A DNA stretch of 52,801 nt from Ignavibacteria bacterium (GTDB taxonomy: Bacteria; Bacteroidota; Ignavibacteria; Kapaibacteriales; UBA4661), in NCBI GenBank assembly GCA_013298375.1, contig JAAFHM010000001.1, positions 1 through 52,801 on the forward strand, written 5' to 3'. A program made the position numbers and the translations under genes. This document shows, one piece after another, positions 29,310 to 37,738 of this stretch. The notes under the pieces are model-generated. The model did no database searches. It saw nothing but the letters and a program-made list of their open reading frames with translations, and had not been told where the DNA came from. Positions within the stretch are counted from its first letter, which is position 1, and the number at the start of each line of letters is the position of its first letter.

Positions 29310-30416
29310 ATGCTAAATCTTTCCCACCCCGCACCACATCTTGTTCCTGACGCTATTGCTTTGCTCAAACTTCTTATCGCTACGCCTTCCTTGAGCCGCG
29401 AGGAAGATAAAACGGCTTCGCTCATTCAAGAATTTCTCCATGACCGGGCTATCCCGACAGCGCGACAAATGAATAATGTTTGGTCGTGCAATCGCCATTT
29501 TGATTCCTCCAAACCCACGCTCTTGCTCAATTCTCACCATGATACCGTTAAACCAAATCAAGATTGGACGCGCAATCCTTTTGAATCGAGTGAGGAAAAT
29601 GGCGTACTGTACGGCTTGGGCAGCAATGATGCGGGGGGAGCGCTTGTCAGCCTTCTGGCAACATTTGTGCATTTTTACGAGCGACCCGATTTACCGTTTA
29701 ATCTTATCATGGCGGCAACGGCGGAAGAAGAAATTATTGGTAAAAATGGCGTGGAATCTATCTTGCCGGAACTTGGAAGCATTAGCGCAGCTATCGTTGG
29801 CGAACCCACAGAGTGCGCTTTAGCGGTTGCAGAAAAAGGATTAATGGTGTTGGATTGTACGGCACAGGGGGCTTCGGGACACGCCGCACGTAATACGGGA
29901 ATTAACGCCATTGACAAAGCAATGCGCAATATTCAGTGGTTTCATTCCTTTGAGTTCCCCAAGACCTCTCCGCTCCTTGGTCCCATCAAAATGAGCGTGA
30001 CAATAATCAATGCTGGGACGCAGCACAACGTGATTCCCGACCGTTGTAGCTTTGTTGTGGATGTTCGCACGACAGATGTTTACACGCATGAGGAAGTTTT
30101 AGCTGTTATTACGAATCATGTTGATTGTGAGGTTCTGCCGCGGTCAGTACGATTGCGCCCGTCAAGTATTAGCCTCGCGCACCCAATAGTACGCTCGGCG
30201 GAGCGGCTTGGTATAACGACATTTGCCTCAGCAACGCTTTCTGACCAGTCTGTTATGCCGTTTCCATCGGTAAAAATTGGTCCCGGCGTGTCGGAACGCT
30301 CCCACACAGCGAATGAACATATTCTTCTTGACGAAATCCGAGATGGAATTGCCACGTATATTCACCTTCTTGAAACACTCACTTCATTTGGAGATTTCAG
30401 CAATGATACACCTTGA
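29310..30416 (+). CDS. argE: M20-family metallohydrolase (acyl-ornithine deacylase ArgE/DapE-like)
   Basis: M20 motifs are LNSHHDTVKP, GSNDAGGALV and the TAEEE metal ligands. It lies immediately after argB. Confidence 0.78.
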   Translation: MLNLSHPAPHLVPDAIALLKLLIATPSLSREEDKTASLIQEFLHDRAIPTARQMNNVWSCNRHFDSSKPTLLLNSHHDTVKPNQDWTRNPFESSEENGVLYGLGSNDAGGALVSLLATFVHFYERPDLPFNLIMAATAEEEIIGKNGVESILPELGSISAAIVGEPTECALAVAEKGLMVLDCTAQGASGHAARNTGINAIDKAMRNIQWFHSFEFPKTSPLLGPIKMSVTIINAGTQHNVIPDRCSFVVDVRTTDVYTHEEVLAVITNHVDCEVLPRSVRLRPSSISLAHPIVRSAERLGITTFASATLSDQSVMPFPSVKIGPGVSERSHTANEHILLDEIRDGIATYIHLLETLTSFGDFSNDTP

Positions 30417-30780
30417 AGAACTTCGCCAATACTGCCTTTCCAAGCCATATACGACGGAGGAACTGCCCTTCGACGATGTTACTCTGGTTTACAAAGTTAT
30501 GGGCAAAATGTTCGCGCTGGCAGCGAGTGATGATTGGGGACACATCAACCTCAAATGTGACCCCGATGAAGCAGTTGAGCGCCGTGCAGAGTATGAGAGC
30601 GTCCAACCGGGCTATCATATGAACAAAAAACATTGGCTGACCGTGCCTCTGGATGGTTCTGTGCCGTATTCGGTGGTCTATTCGTGGATTGATGATTCTT
30701 ACGGGCTTGTTGTAGCAAGTTTGCCAAAAGCAAAGCGGCTGGAAGTTATTGCTGCTATTGAGGATGCTGCGGATAAGTAA
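30403..30780 (+). CDS. MmcQ/YjbR-family protein
   Basis: MIHLEELRQYCLSKPYTTEELPFDDVTLVYKVMGKMFAL...HMNKKHWLTV matches the YjbR/MmcQ pattern. The ATG at 30403 overlaps the argE-like stop by 14 nt. Confidence 0.78.
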   Translation: MIHLEELRQYCLSKPYTTEELPFDDVTLVYKVMGKMFALAASDDWGHINLKCDPDEAVERRAEYESVQPGYHMNKKHWLTVPLDGSVPYSVVYSWIDDSYGLVVASLPKAKRLEVIAAIEDAADK

Positions 30781-30805
30781 AAATACCGTAAAAAAATTTG
30801 ACAAA

Positions 30806-30833
30806 TTGACAAGCATTGTGTAATTTGTATTAA
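30806..30833 (+). promoter_or_regulatory. Candidate sigma-70-type promoter upstream of the Rrf2 gene
   Basis: TTGACA at 30806-30811, a 16-nt spacer, then TATTAA at 30828-30833. A second TTGACA lies at 30798. This is a sequence match only, and promoter rules for this lineage are uncertain. Confidence 0.3.
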
Positions 30834-30961
30834 GAGTATTTTGTCTGAATAAATATTCTCAAGCAACAAGTTTTTTTAGCGTAAGCCGCAAAAATTCGGA
30901 AATTAAACGCGTCACGAGGATAGAGATTTGCTTCTCACCATGATTTTGATGGAGATTGATT

Positions 30962-31465
30962 ATGTTGCTATCGAAAAGTTGTGTTTACGGTGTGCAAGCC
31001 GCAATTTATATGGCTTCTCTTCCGCGAAATGAATATGTTTCGATTCAGGAAATTGCCGGAAAACTCAATATTTCGTTTCACTTTTTGACAAAAGTGTTGC
31101 AAAATTTGACGCAAGCAAAATTGCTTATGTCCTATCGTGGACCTAATGGCGGTGTTGCATTGGCTCGTCAGGCATCGGATATTAGTCTTGCCGATGTGAT
31201 TGAGGCTATTGATGGCGGAGATATTTTCAAAGAATGTCTTTTTGGCTTGCCTGGATGCGGCGTTGCCGATCCCTGCCCAGCACACGAAAATTGGACATCA
31301 ATGCGTTCCCGGTTGCAGCATCTTTGTACATCGCTGACACTTGAGGAATTAGGAAAACGTGCGAATCAGTTAAATGTACGGCTTGCAAATGCTGATGCGC
31401 CAATGAATCCCGCTATGCTGCTCGCTGTGATGAATAGCAAAAATAAGCCAGTCGGGACTGAGTAA
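30962..31465 (+). CDS. Rrf2-family transcriptional regulator with a probable Fe-S cluster site
   Basis: The N-terminal winged helix is MLLSKSCVYGVQAAIYM...ISFHFLTKVLQNL. The cysteine/histidine cluster CLFGLPGCGVADPCPAH (Cx6Cx5Cx2H) resembles the IscR/NsrR ligand set. GGAGA lies 6 nt upstream of the ATG. Confidence 0.85.
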   Translation: MLLSKSCVYGVQAAIYMASLPRNEYVSIQEIAGKLNISFHFLTKVLQNLTQAKLLMSYRGPNGGVALARQASDISLADVIEAIDGGDIFKECLFGLPGCGVADPCPAHENWTSMRSRLQHLCTSLTLEELGKRANQLNVRLANADAPMNPAMLLAVMNSKNKPVGTE

Positions 31466-31807
31466 AATTGTTGATTATTTTTTCACAATGCTGTATGAAA
31501 GCATTGTGAATTAAAAAAGATAAAGTAGTCTGAAAAATGCAATAACTGACAAGAAAATTATTATGAACATTGGTGGACTTCAAGGGGATAACGGCGCGGA
31601 GTTGAAGCGATTTTGAGCAGTGTCCGTTACAAGCAAACACCATCCGAAACCGGTTCGACAAGCCCTGTTTATCATATATCTATGACGCGGAAGATTTGAT
31701 AAAGGGGAATAAACAGGGTTTGAAGCCGGATTTACCAAGCGAGGGCTTCGGTTTTGAACGTAGGCAAAATACACATATTTCGACCACATTTTTAGGAGAT
31801 TGTCATC

Positions 31808-32269
31808 ATGTTACCTATTAAAAATATTCTCGTTCCGCTTGATTTCTCGAAACATTCTGAGCAAGCGCTCAAATACGCAAAAGAAATTGCTATACCGCTC
31901 AAAGCGACTATTCACCTTTTGCACGTTTTAGAGCCGCTTTCCACCTACGGTTCTTGGGAAGGCGCTCCGATGACCGACCTTGTAGGACGCGCCTTCGAGC
32001 AGGCAGAGCAAAAACTTCAAGGTATCGCCGCAATACTCATTGATGAAGGCTTTGCGGTGAAAATCAAGGTGATGGAAAGCCATCCAGACCTTGCCATTAA
32101 CGGATATGCCGAACAGTTTTCCATTGATATTATTGCCATGGGAACGCATGGTCGCCGAGGCTTGGAATACCTACTTTTCGGTAGCACGACCGAAAAAGTA
32201 TTACGGACAGCGCCTTGTTCCGTTTTGGCGGTGCGCCTACCCAAAGACGAGGCTTCCGCCAAGTTGTAG
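31808..32269 (+). CDS. Universal stress protein (UspA family)
   Basis: ILVPLDFSKHSEQALKYA and GTHGRRGLEYLLFGSTTEKVLRTAPCSVLAV are present. An AGGAGA RBS lies upstream. Confidence 0.85.
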   Translation: MLPIKNILVPLDFSKHSEQALKYAKEIAIPLKATIHLLHVLEPLSTYGSWEGAPMTDLVGRAFEQAEQKLQGIAAILIDEGFAVKIKVMESHPDLAINGYAEQFSIDIIAMGTHGRRGLEYLLFGSTTEKVLRTAPCSVLAVRLPKDEASAKL

Positions 32270-32426
32270 TCTTGTCTCACGGCACTTGCACATCAGGAGT
32301 TGTTGGTGGCAATTAAACGCTCACACGCAATAGAACCGTCCAACAGACGTTTATGAGGTTGATATAACATTATCCAATGTCTGATATTCAGACGCTATTC
32401 ATTCGCTTCACTTATTCAATTGTTCT

Positions 32427-32846
32427 ATGAAAACATTCTTGAAATCGTTGCTGTGCTTTGGAGTAGTCATTGCTTTCGGCAACACCGCGTCCGCTGTGGC
32501 TCAAGATAAAGCCGCACAAATTGCTAAAGGCGAAAAAGTCTATAAAGCGTATTGCCAGACGTGCCATCAGGCTAATGGGCAAGGGCTTTCGACGGTCTAT
32601 CCGCCACTTGCCGGGTCGGATTATATCAAAAGCAAGCCAAAAAAAGAGATTATCAAAAGCGTGGTTAATGGCTTGAAAGGCGAAATCACGGTCAACGGCA
32701 AAAAATTTAATGGCGTGATGGTGGCTTTGCCCAAAAATTATACCGATGAAGATGCCGCAAACGTCATTACCTACGTTTACAACACGTGGGGCAATCCAGG
32801 CGGCGCTGTCACGGTTGCCGAAGTTAAGGCAGTGCGCGGTAAATAA
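32427..32846 (+). CDS. Monohaem class I c-type cytochrome, secreted
   Basis: A signal peptide, a single CQTCH haem-binding motif and a distal Met region (FNGVMVALP) are present. The size is 139 aa. Confidence 0.85.
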   Translation: MKTFLKSLLCFGVVIAFGNTASAVAQDKAAQIAKGEKVYKAYCQTCHQANGQGLSTVYPPLAGSDYIKSKPKKEIIKSVVNGLKGEITVNGKKFNGVMVALPKNYTDEDAANVITYVYNTWGNPGGAVTVAEVKAVRGK

Positions 32847-32864
32847 ACAAATACTGTAGCAATG

Positions 32865-32914
32865 AAAAAGCCTGATTTTTCCACTTACAAAGCAGGAAAA
32901 ATCAGGCTTTTTTT
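32865..32914. terminator. Bidirectional rho-independent terminator between the convergent cytochrome c and polX genes
   Basis: AAAAAGCCTGATTTTTCC (32865-32882) pairs with GGAAAAATCAGGCTTTTT (32895-32912). The stem has an A-run before and a T-run after, so it works on both strands. Confidence 0.75.
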
Positions 32915-34586
32915 ATCGGCGCATTGATTGAATGTGCTGTTGAAAATCATCCAGCCCCAACGTATTCAGAATTGCCGTGCGCGGAAGTGCAGCCCGTCGC
33001 GCTACTTGTACGCCGTAGTGCATTTGTGCTAAATCTTCGCAGTTATGAGCATCCGTATTGATGGAGAGCATAACGCCCATTGTATGAGCCTTTGCCGCGT
33101 TTTCTGTCGAAAAATCTAAGCGATAAGGATTTGCATTGATTTCAATGACTTTGCCGTGCTTTCGCGCCGTCTCCACGATAGCATCTACATCAAACGTGTA
33201 GCCCTTGCGCTTCAAGAGCAAGCGCCCCGTAGGATGCCCTAAAATTGTTGTTGCCGGATGCTCTAATGCGCGTATGAGACGCTTCGTCATCTGCTCATGC
33301 GAAAGCGTAAAGGCGGAATGGACGGACGCAACGACCATATCAAACGTTTCCAGCACCGAATCAGGGTAATCCAGCGAACCATCGGTCAAAATATCCGATT
33401 CTATGCCTTTCAAAATGCGAATGCCGAGATTTTCTGCGTTGAGAGCGTCTATTTCCTCATGCTGGCGTTTGAGGCGCTCCTCGCTCAAGCCATTGGCATA
33501 AACCGCTGTTTTGCTATGGTCGCAAATGCCAATATACTCGCAGCCCAGCGCTTTTGCGCGTTCTGCCATTTGGCGAATAGAGTGTTTGCCATCGCTCCAC
33601 GTCGAATGAACGTGGACGGTGCCGCGAATATCGCTAAGGGAAATGAGATTTTCCAGTGTGTGAGGTAAACGAGAATCACTGAGGAGTTCAGGATTTGTGC
33701 GGAGTTCGGGCGGAATGAGCGGCAAGTGAGATTGTTCGTAGAGTTCTGCTTCGCTTGCTGCCGCGATAGTTGCGATGCCTCTTTCACGACGAAGATGCAC
33801 AAACGCCTCATGAAAAGGTGCTTGTGAGGACTGTTCATGGAGGCAAAGGGCATATACACTCGGCGTTGCCCATTGAATTGTGAAAGGTATGTCGTTTGTG
33901 CTTGTGCCGCAGAGCGTTTCTGCTTCCCATGACCCCTGCGCTAATTCTGTGCCGCTTTCCTTACACTGCTGCTCGAAATGTAGAATATCTGTTCCGCAGA
34001 CAACAAGGGCAATGCGCGAAACCGTTTCCTCGCCTTGACGGAGTTCGCCGACAATTTCAACCGTTTGAATGCTCTCAAATGCGCGACAAACCTCGCATAA
34101 ACGCTCTGCTTCGCGCATGGCTTTGTGCAAATGGAATCGGTCTTGTGCGCTGCGATACTGCGCAATAGCCTCAAGAATATTTGCCTGTGTTTTTGCGCCA
34201 AATCCTTTGAACGCCGCTACACGCGAGATTTCACAAGCTGTGTGAAGTTCATTCACAGATTGAATGCCGAGTTCTTTCCAAAGCGATCGAACTTTTTTTG
34301 CACCCAGCCCTCGAAGCCGCGTCATTTCTAGCACGGACTCGGGAATTTGTTCCAAAAGTTGGTGATATTGAGCAATAGAGCCAGTTTCCAGAAATTCGGC
34401 AATAAGTTCGCCCGTGCCTTTACCAACGCCGGGCAGCGCCAGCATCTCGTTCAAGCTCATCGAATCAATATCCGCGTCATCTAGTGCGCGGGCAGCGCTT
34501 TGGATGGCACGGATTTTGAAGGGGTTTTCATCACCTAATTCCAAAAGAGTTGCTATGTCATTCAAGACCGAAACAAGCGTTTCCAT
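32913..34586 (-). CDS. polX: Family X DNA polymerase with C-terminal PHP domain (PolX)
   Basis: The N-terminus NDIATLLELGDENPFKIRAIQSAARAL and HhH motifs (LPGVGKGT, LRGLGAKK) are present. The C-terminal PHP motifs are HVHSTWSDG, ICDHS, ASVHS and NTDAH. I chose the ATG at 34586 (METLVS). Confidence 0.85.
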   Translation of the reverse strand: METLVSVLNDIATLLELGDENPFKIRAIQSAARALDDADIDSMSLNEMLALPGVGKGTGELIAEFLETGSIAQYHQLLEQIPESVLEMTRLRGLGAKKVRSLWKELGIQSVNELHTACEISRVAAFKGFGAKTQANILEAIAQYRSAQDRFHLHKAMREAERLCEVCRAFESIQTVEIVGELRQGEETVSRIALVVCGTDILHFEQQCKESGTELAQGSWEAETLCGTSTNDIPFTIQWATPSVYALCLHEQSSQAPFHEAFVHLRRERGIATIAAASEAELYEQSHLPLIPPELRTNPELLSDSRLPHTLENLISLSDIRGTVHVHSTWSDGKHSIRQMAERAKALGCEYIGICDHSKTAVYANGLSEERLKRQHEEIDALNAENLGIRILKGIESDILTDGSLDYPDSVLETFDMVVASVHSAFTLSHEQMTKRLIRALEHPATTILGHPTGRLLLKRKGYTFDVDAIVETARKHGKVIEINANPYRLDFSTENAAKAHTMGVMLSINTDAHNCEDLAQMHYGVQVARRAALPRTAILNTLGLDDFQQHIQSMRR

Positions 34587-34654
34587 AGAAAAAAGCAGCA
34601 AAAAATAGGAAAAATAATGGCAAGACCACAAAATACGATAAGTTCCAGCCAGAG

Positions 34655-34745
34655 TGTGAATTTTTTTTGTAGATTCCTCTATTTATCGTAGATTGACAGC
34701 CTATTTTTATCTTGTGAATAGTATTTCATTTTGTGAATATTTTTG
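34655..34745 (+). promoter_or_regulatory. Direct-repeat operator/promoter-like region in the polX / MBL divergent intergenic region
   Basis: TTGTGAATA occurs at 34712-34720 and 34731-34739, 19 nt apart. GTAGATT occurs at 34669-34675 and 34688-34694, also 19 nt apart. A third TGTGAAT lies at 34655. TATTTTTG at 34738-34745 fits the Bacteroidota-type TAnnTTTG -7 element and lies 26 nt before the ATG at 34771. Confidence 0.35.
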
Positions 34746-34770
34746 TCCTAACTCCTTTTGTAGCCATAAT

Positions 34771-35619
34771 ATGCGTATTGTCCCAGCAAACGGCAAACTT
34801 AGCCTGAAAAATGACGGCACACTGGAAATCTTTTTCCTAGGTGTCGGCTCTGCCTTTGCAAAAACATTGTTCCAAACAAACTTTATCATTGTTCAGGGTG
34901 ATACGCACGTTGTTGTGGATTTTGGTATGACGGGTCCGATGGCACTGCACAATTTGGCAGGGCTGGAAATGTCGGGTTTAGAAGTGATTTTGCCGACGCA
35001 TAGCCACGCTGACCACGTTGGCGGTATGGAATCGCTGGCACTTGCGAATCGCTATATTGCACGGCGTATTATGGGCAAACCAAAATTGAAAATGATTATC
35101 ACCGAAGAGTACGAGCGTATTTTGTGGGATATGACGCTCAGAGGCGGCTTAGAATGGAATGAGCAGGATGATGCCGGAAAAAAACTCTCTTTCTATGATT
35201 ATTTTGACCCCATTCGCCCGACGTGGAAAGGCGGGCATGACCGCGAGACCTTTGAAGTTCATGTTGGCGACATTCATATCGAAATGTTCCGTACCAAACA
35301 CGTTCCCGAACAAGCCGCAACATGGCAGGATTCCTTTATTTCCTACGGTGTCTATATCAATAATCGTGTCTTTGTCTCAGCCGATACTCGCATGGATATT
35401 GAGCTTCTCAATCATTATGCACCGATTTCCGAAGTGATGTTCCACGATGTGCAGTTCTTCTCCGGGGCTGTTCATACGCCACTGAGCGACCTTCAGGCGC
35501 TTCCTGCCGAAGTGAAAGAGAAAATGTATCTGATTCATTATTCTGACAACTGGCAGCAGCATACCGTTGAAGATTTTGGTGGTTATGCACAGCAAGGTTA
35601 TCGGTATATTTTCGATTGA
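34771..35619 (+). CDS. Metallo-beta-lactamase-fold hydrolase
   Basis: The HxHxDH motif (THSHADHVGG) follows the beta-strand LEIFFLGVGSAF, and later His/Asp ligands are present. The substrate is unknown. Confidence 0.75.
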   Translation: MRIVPANGKLSLKNDGTLEIFFLGVGSAFAKTLFQTNFIIVQGDTHVVVDFGMTGPMALHNLAGLEMSGLEVILPTHSHADHVGGMESLALANRYIARRIMGKPKLKMIITEEYERILWDMTLRGGLEWNEQDDAGKKLSFYDYFDPIRPTWKGGHDRETFEVHVGDIHIEMFRTKHVPEQAATWQDSFISYGVYINNRVFVSADTRMDIELLNHYAPISEVMFHDVQFFSGAVHTPLSDLQALPAEVKEKMYLIHYSDNWQQHTVEDFGGYAQQGYRYIFD

Positions 35620-35670
35620 CAGGTAAATTCTGCGTTGATTTCTTTGTCGCTATTTACGGCTTGAGCAATA

Positions 35671-36444
35671 ATGAACTACACAACACTTCTCCTCGACCAC
35701 GCGCCAGCATCTCCGATTGCAACGCTCACACTGAATCGCCCCGACAAGCGCAATGCGCTCAATCCCACGCTTATTAGCGAAATTACTCATGCTTTTACCA
35801 CGCTTGGCAGCAATGATGCCGTCAAGGTGATCGTGCTTGCTGCCAATGGCAAAGTCTTCTGTGCCGGTATGGATTTGGCGTATTTGCAAGAGATTTCGCA
35901 AAACTCGGTGATGCAGAACAAAGCCGATTCACGCCGTTTTCACGATATGCTGTCCGCAATCTATTCCTGCCCAAAGCCCGTCATAGCTCGTGTTCAGGGT
36001 GCTGCTATTGCAGGAGGGTGTGGGATTGCATCGGTCTGTGATGTGGTGATTGCTTCGCGGGAAAAGGCGATTTTTGGGTATTCGGAAGTGAAAATTGGTT
36101 TCATTCCAGCGATTGTGTCGGTCTATTTGATGCGGCGTATTGGCGGAACACAGGCGCAGCGCCTGTTACTTACTGCCGAGAATGTGAGCGCTGATGAAGC
36201 ATACCGATTGGGATTCGCAACACACGTCGCAGAGGATGCTCTTTTAGACCAAAAAGTTCTGGAAACCGCACAAATGCTTGCGGCAAACAGCTCTTCGGCA
36301 ATGGCAATGACAAAAGAAATTCTCGGTAATTTGTCGGGAATGTCGCTTGATGCTGCGCTTGACTATGCTTGTTCGATGAATGCTATTGCTCGCACAACCG
36401 ATGATTTTAAGCAGGGTGTGGCGGGGTTCCTGCAAAAAGTGTAA
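35671..36444 (+). CDS. Enoyl-CoA hydratase/isomerase (crotonase) family protein
   Basis: LTLNRPDKRNALN, FCAGMDL and GAAIAGGCGIASVCD form the oxyanion hole region. Confidence 0.85.
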   Translation: MNYTTLLLDHAPASPIATLTLNRPDKRNALNPTLISEITHAFTTLGSNDAVKVIVLAANGKVFCAGMDLAYLQEISQNSVMQNKADSRRFHDMLSAIYSCPKPVIARVQGAAIAGGCGIASVCDVVIASREKAIFGYSEVKIGFIPAIVSVYLMRRIGGTQAQRLLLTAENVSADEAYRLGFATHVAEDALLDQKVLETAQMLAANSSSAMAMTKEILGNLSGMSLDAALDYACSMNAIARTTDDFKQGVAGFLQKV

Positions 36445-36499
36445 CGCCTACCCCACTGTTCACCGTATTCCACCAATAATCCTCAGGAGAACCTACGCC

Positions 36500-37180
36500 A
36501 TGACGATTACCTACTACGGACACTCATGCTTCCTGCTCGAAACTTCCGGTAAACGCTTGCTTTTCGACCCATATATCCGAGCCAACGAACTCGCCAAGCA
36601 TATTGACGTTGCTGCCATTAAGCCTGATTACGTCCTTGTTTCGCACGGGCATTTCGACCATATTGAAGATGCCGTCAGCATTCTGCAAGAATCCGGCGCT
36701 ACTGCTGTCTGCGCTTGGGAAATCATGGTTTGGCTCAATAAGCAAGGTATTGAAAAAGTACATCCGATGAATGTCGGCGGAAAATGGGTATTTGATTTCG
36801 GTACGGTCAAATGCACCGCAGCCCAGCATTCAAGCGGTATGCCTGATGGCGCATACGGAGGAAATCCGATGGGATTTATTGTGCAAAATAGCGAAGGAAC
36901 GTTCTATTACTCCGGCGATACGGCGCTGACGATGGATATGAAACTGATTGGCGAACAGTACAATCTTGATGTTGCCCTGTTGCCACTTGGAGATAATTTT
37001 ACGATGGGCATTGATGATGCTGTTATTGCGGCAGATTTTATTAAGTGCAACAACATTCTGGGTGTTCACTACGATACCTTTGGTTTTATCAAAATTGACC
37101 ACGATGCTGCAAAGGCGACTTTCGCCAAGGCAGGGAAAAAGCTAACACTACTCGGTATTGGGGACGCGCTGAAGGTGTGA
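36500..37180 (+). CDS. UPF0173-type metal-dependent hydrolase (MBL fold)
   Basis: MTITYYGHSCFLLE...VSHGHFDH is present. The size of 226 aa is typical of this family. AGGAGA lies 9 nt upstream of the ATG at 36500. Confidence 0.85.
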   Translation: MTITYYGHSCFLLETSGKRLLFDPYIRANELAKHIDVAAIKPDYVLVSHGHFDHIEDAVSILQESGATAVCAWEIMVWLNKQGIEKVHPMNVGGKWVFDFGTVKCTAAQHSSGMPDGAYGGNPMGFIVQNSEGTFYYSGDTALTMDMKLIGEQYNLDVALLPLGDNFTMGIDDAVIAADFIKCNNILGVHYDTFGFIKIDHDAAKATFAKAGKKLTLLGIGDALKV

Positions 37181-37327
37181 AGAAAGGAGTAACGTTGCGA
37201 ACTTCGACTCGCACTCCTGTTGGACGGGGAGTGTCAAACTTGCCGTACTTTTTGCTTGCTTTTCTGTCCGTTCTTGGGTACGTTTGAAGCATAGTTCGTC
37301 AGTATTCCCTTTTTTTTCAAAACCGCT

Positions 37328-37564
37328 ATGAGTACCGATAACAGAATGGTTGAGTTGCTTGCGGATATGTTGCTTAAACTCGACAAACTTGATGCAGTCG
37401 TCGAAGAAATGCGCGAAGTCAAGCGTGAGCAGCACCGCACGACCAATGCCGTCTGGGAACTCTCCCAAATGATGCAAAAAGTCGTTGCAGAGCCGCTTGC
37501 ACTCCATGCCAGCGAAATTTCCCACATTAAAGAACGCCTTGACCGTTTGGAACAGTCTCATTGA
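37328..37564 (+). CDS. Hypothetical 78-aa coiled-coil protein
   Basis: An isolated ORF with heptad-like charged and hydrophobic spacing (LDKLDAVVEEMREVKREQ...IKERLDRLEQ). A terminator-like hairpin follows it. I recognise no family. Confidence 0.4.
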   Translation: MSTDNRMVELLADMLLKLDKLDAVVEEMREVKREQHRTTNAVWELSQMMQKVVAEPLALHASEISHIKERLDRLEQSH

Positions 37565-37565
37565 C

Positions 37566-37598
37566 ACACCGCACAGCGCCACGCTATGGTGTTTTTTT
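37566..37598 (+). terminator. Candidate rho-independent terminator after the 78-aa ORF
   Basis: A bulged hairpin (ACACC..AGCG-CCA-CGCT..GGTGT) is followed by T7 at 37592-37598. Confidence 0.5.
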
Positions 37599-37738
37599 GT
37601 CCTGAAATTTGAGAAAGATTTGTGGTAATGTTGTTTTTGAGTGGACAGCTTGGAGCTAAGGCATTGTTAAATAATGTTTTGCCGATATGTCATCAACTTG
37701 TTTTAAACATTACCCCTGTTGGACGGTGCAGAGCAGAG

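Noticed and set aside
31652-31658. GGTTCGA resembling a tRNA T-loop.
   Set aside because: No acceptor, D or anticodon arms can be built around it. It is part of the CGAAACCGGTTCG near-palindrome.
37715-37735. A sigma-54-like GG-N10-GC spacing in TTGGACGGTGCAGAGCA.
   Set aside because: It matches the TGGCAC/TTGCW consensus poorly. The other two motif copies lack the GC element. No plus-strand gene lies downstream, because the next 11 kb is all minus-strand.
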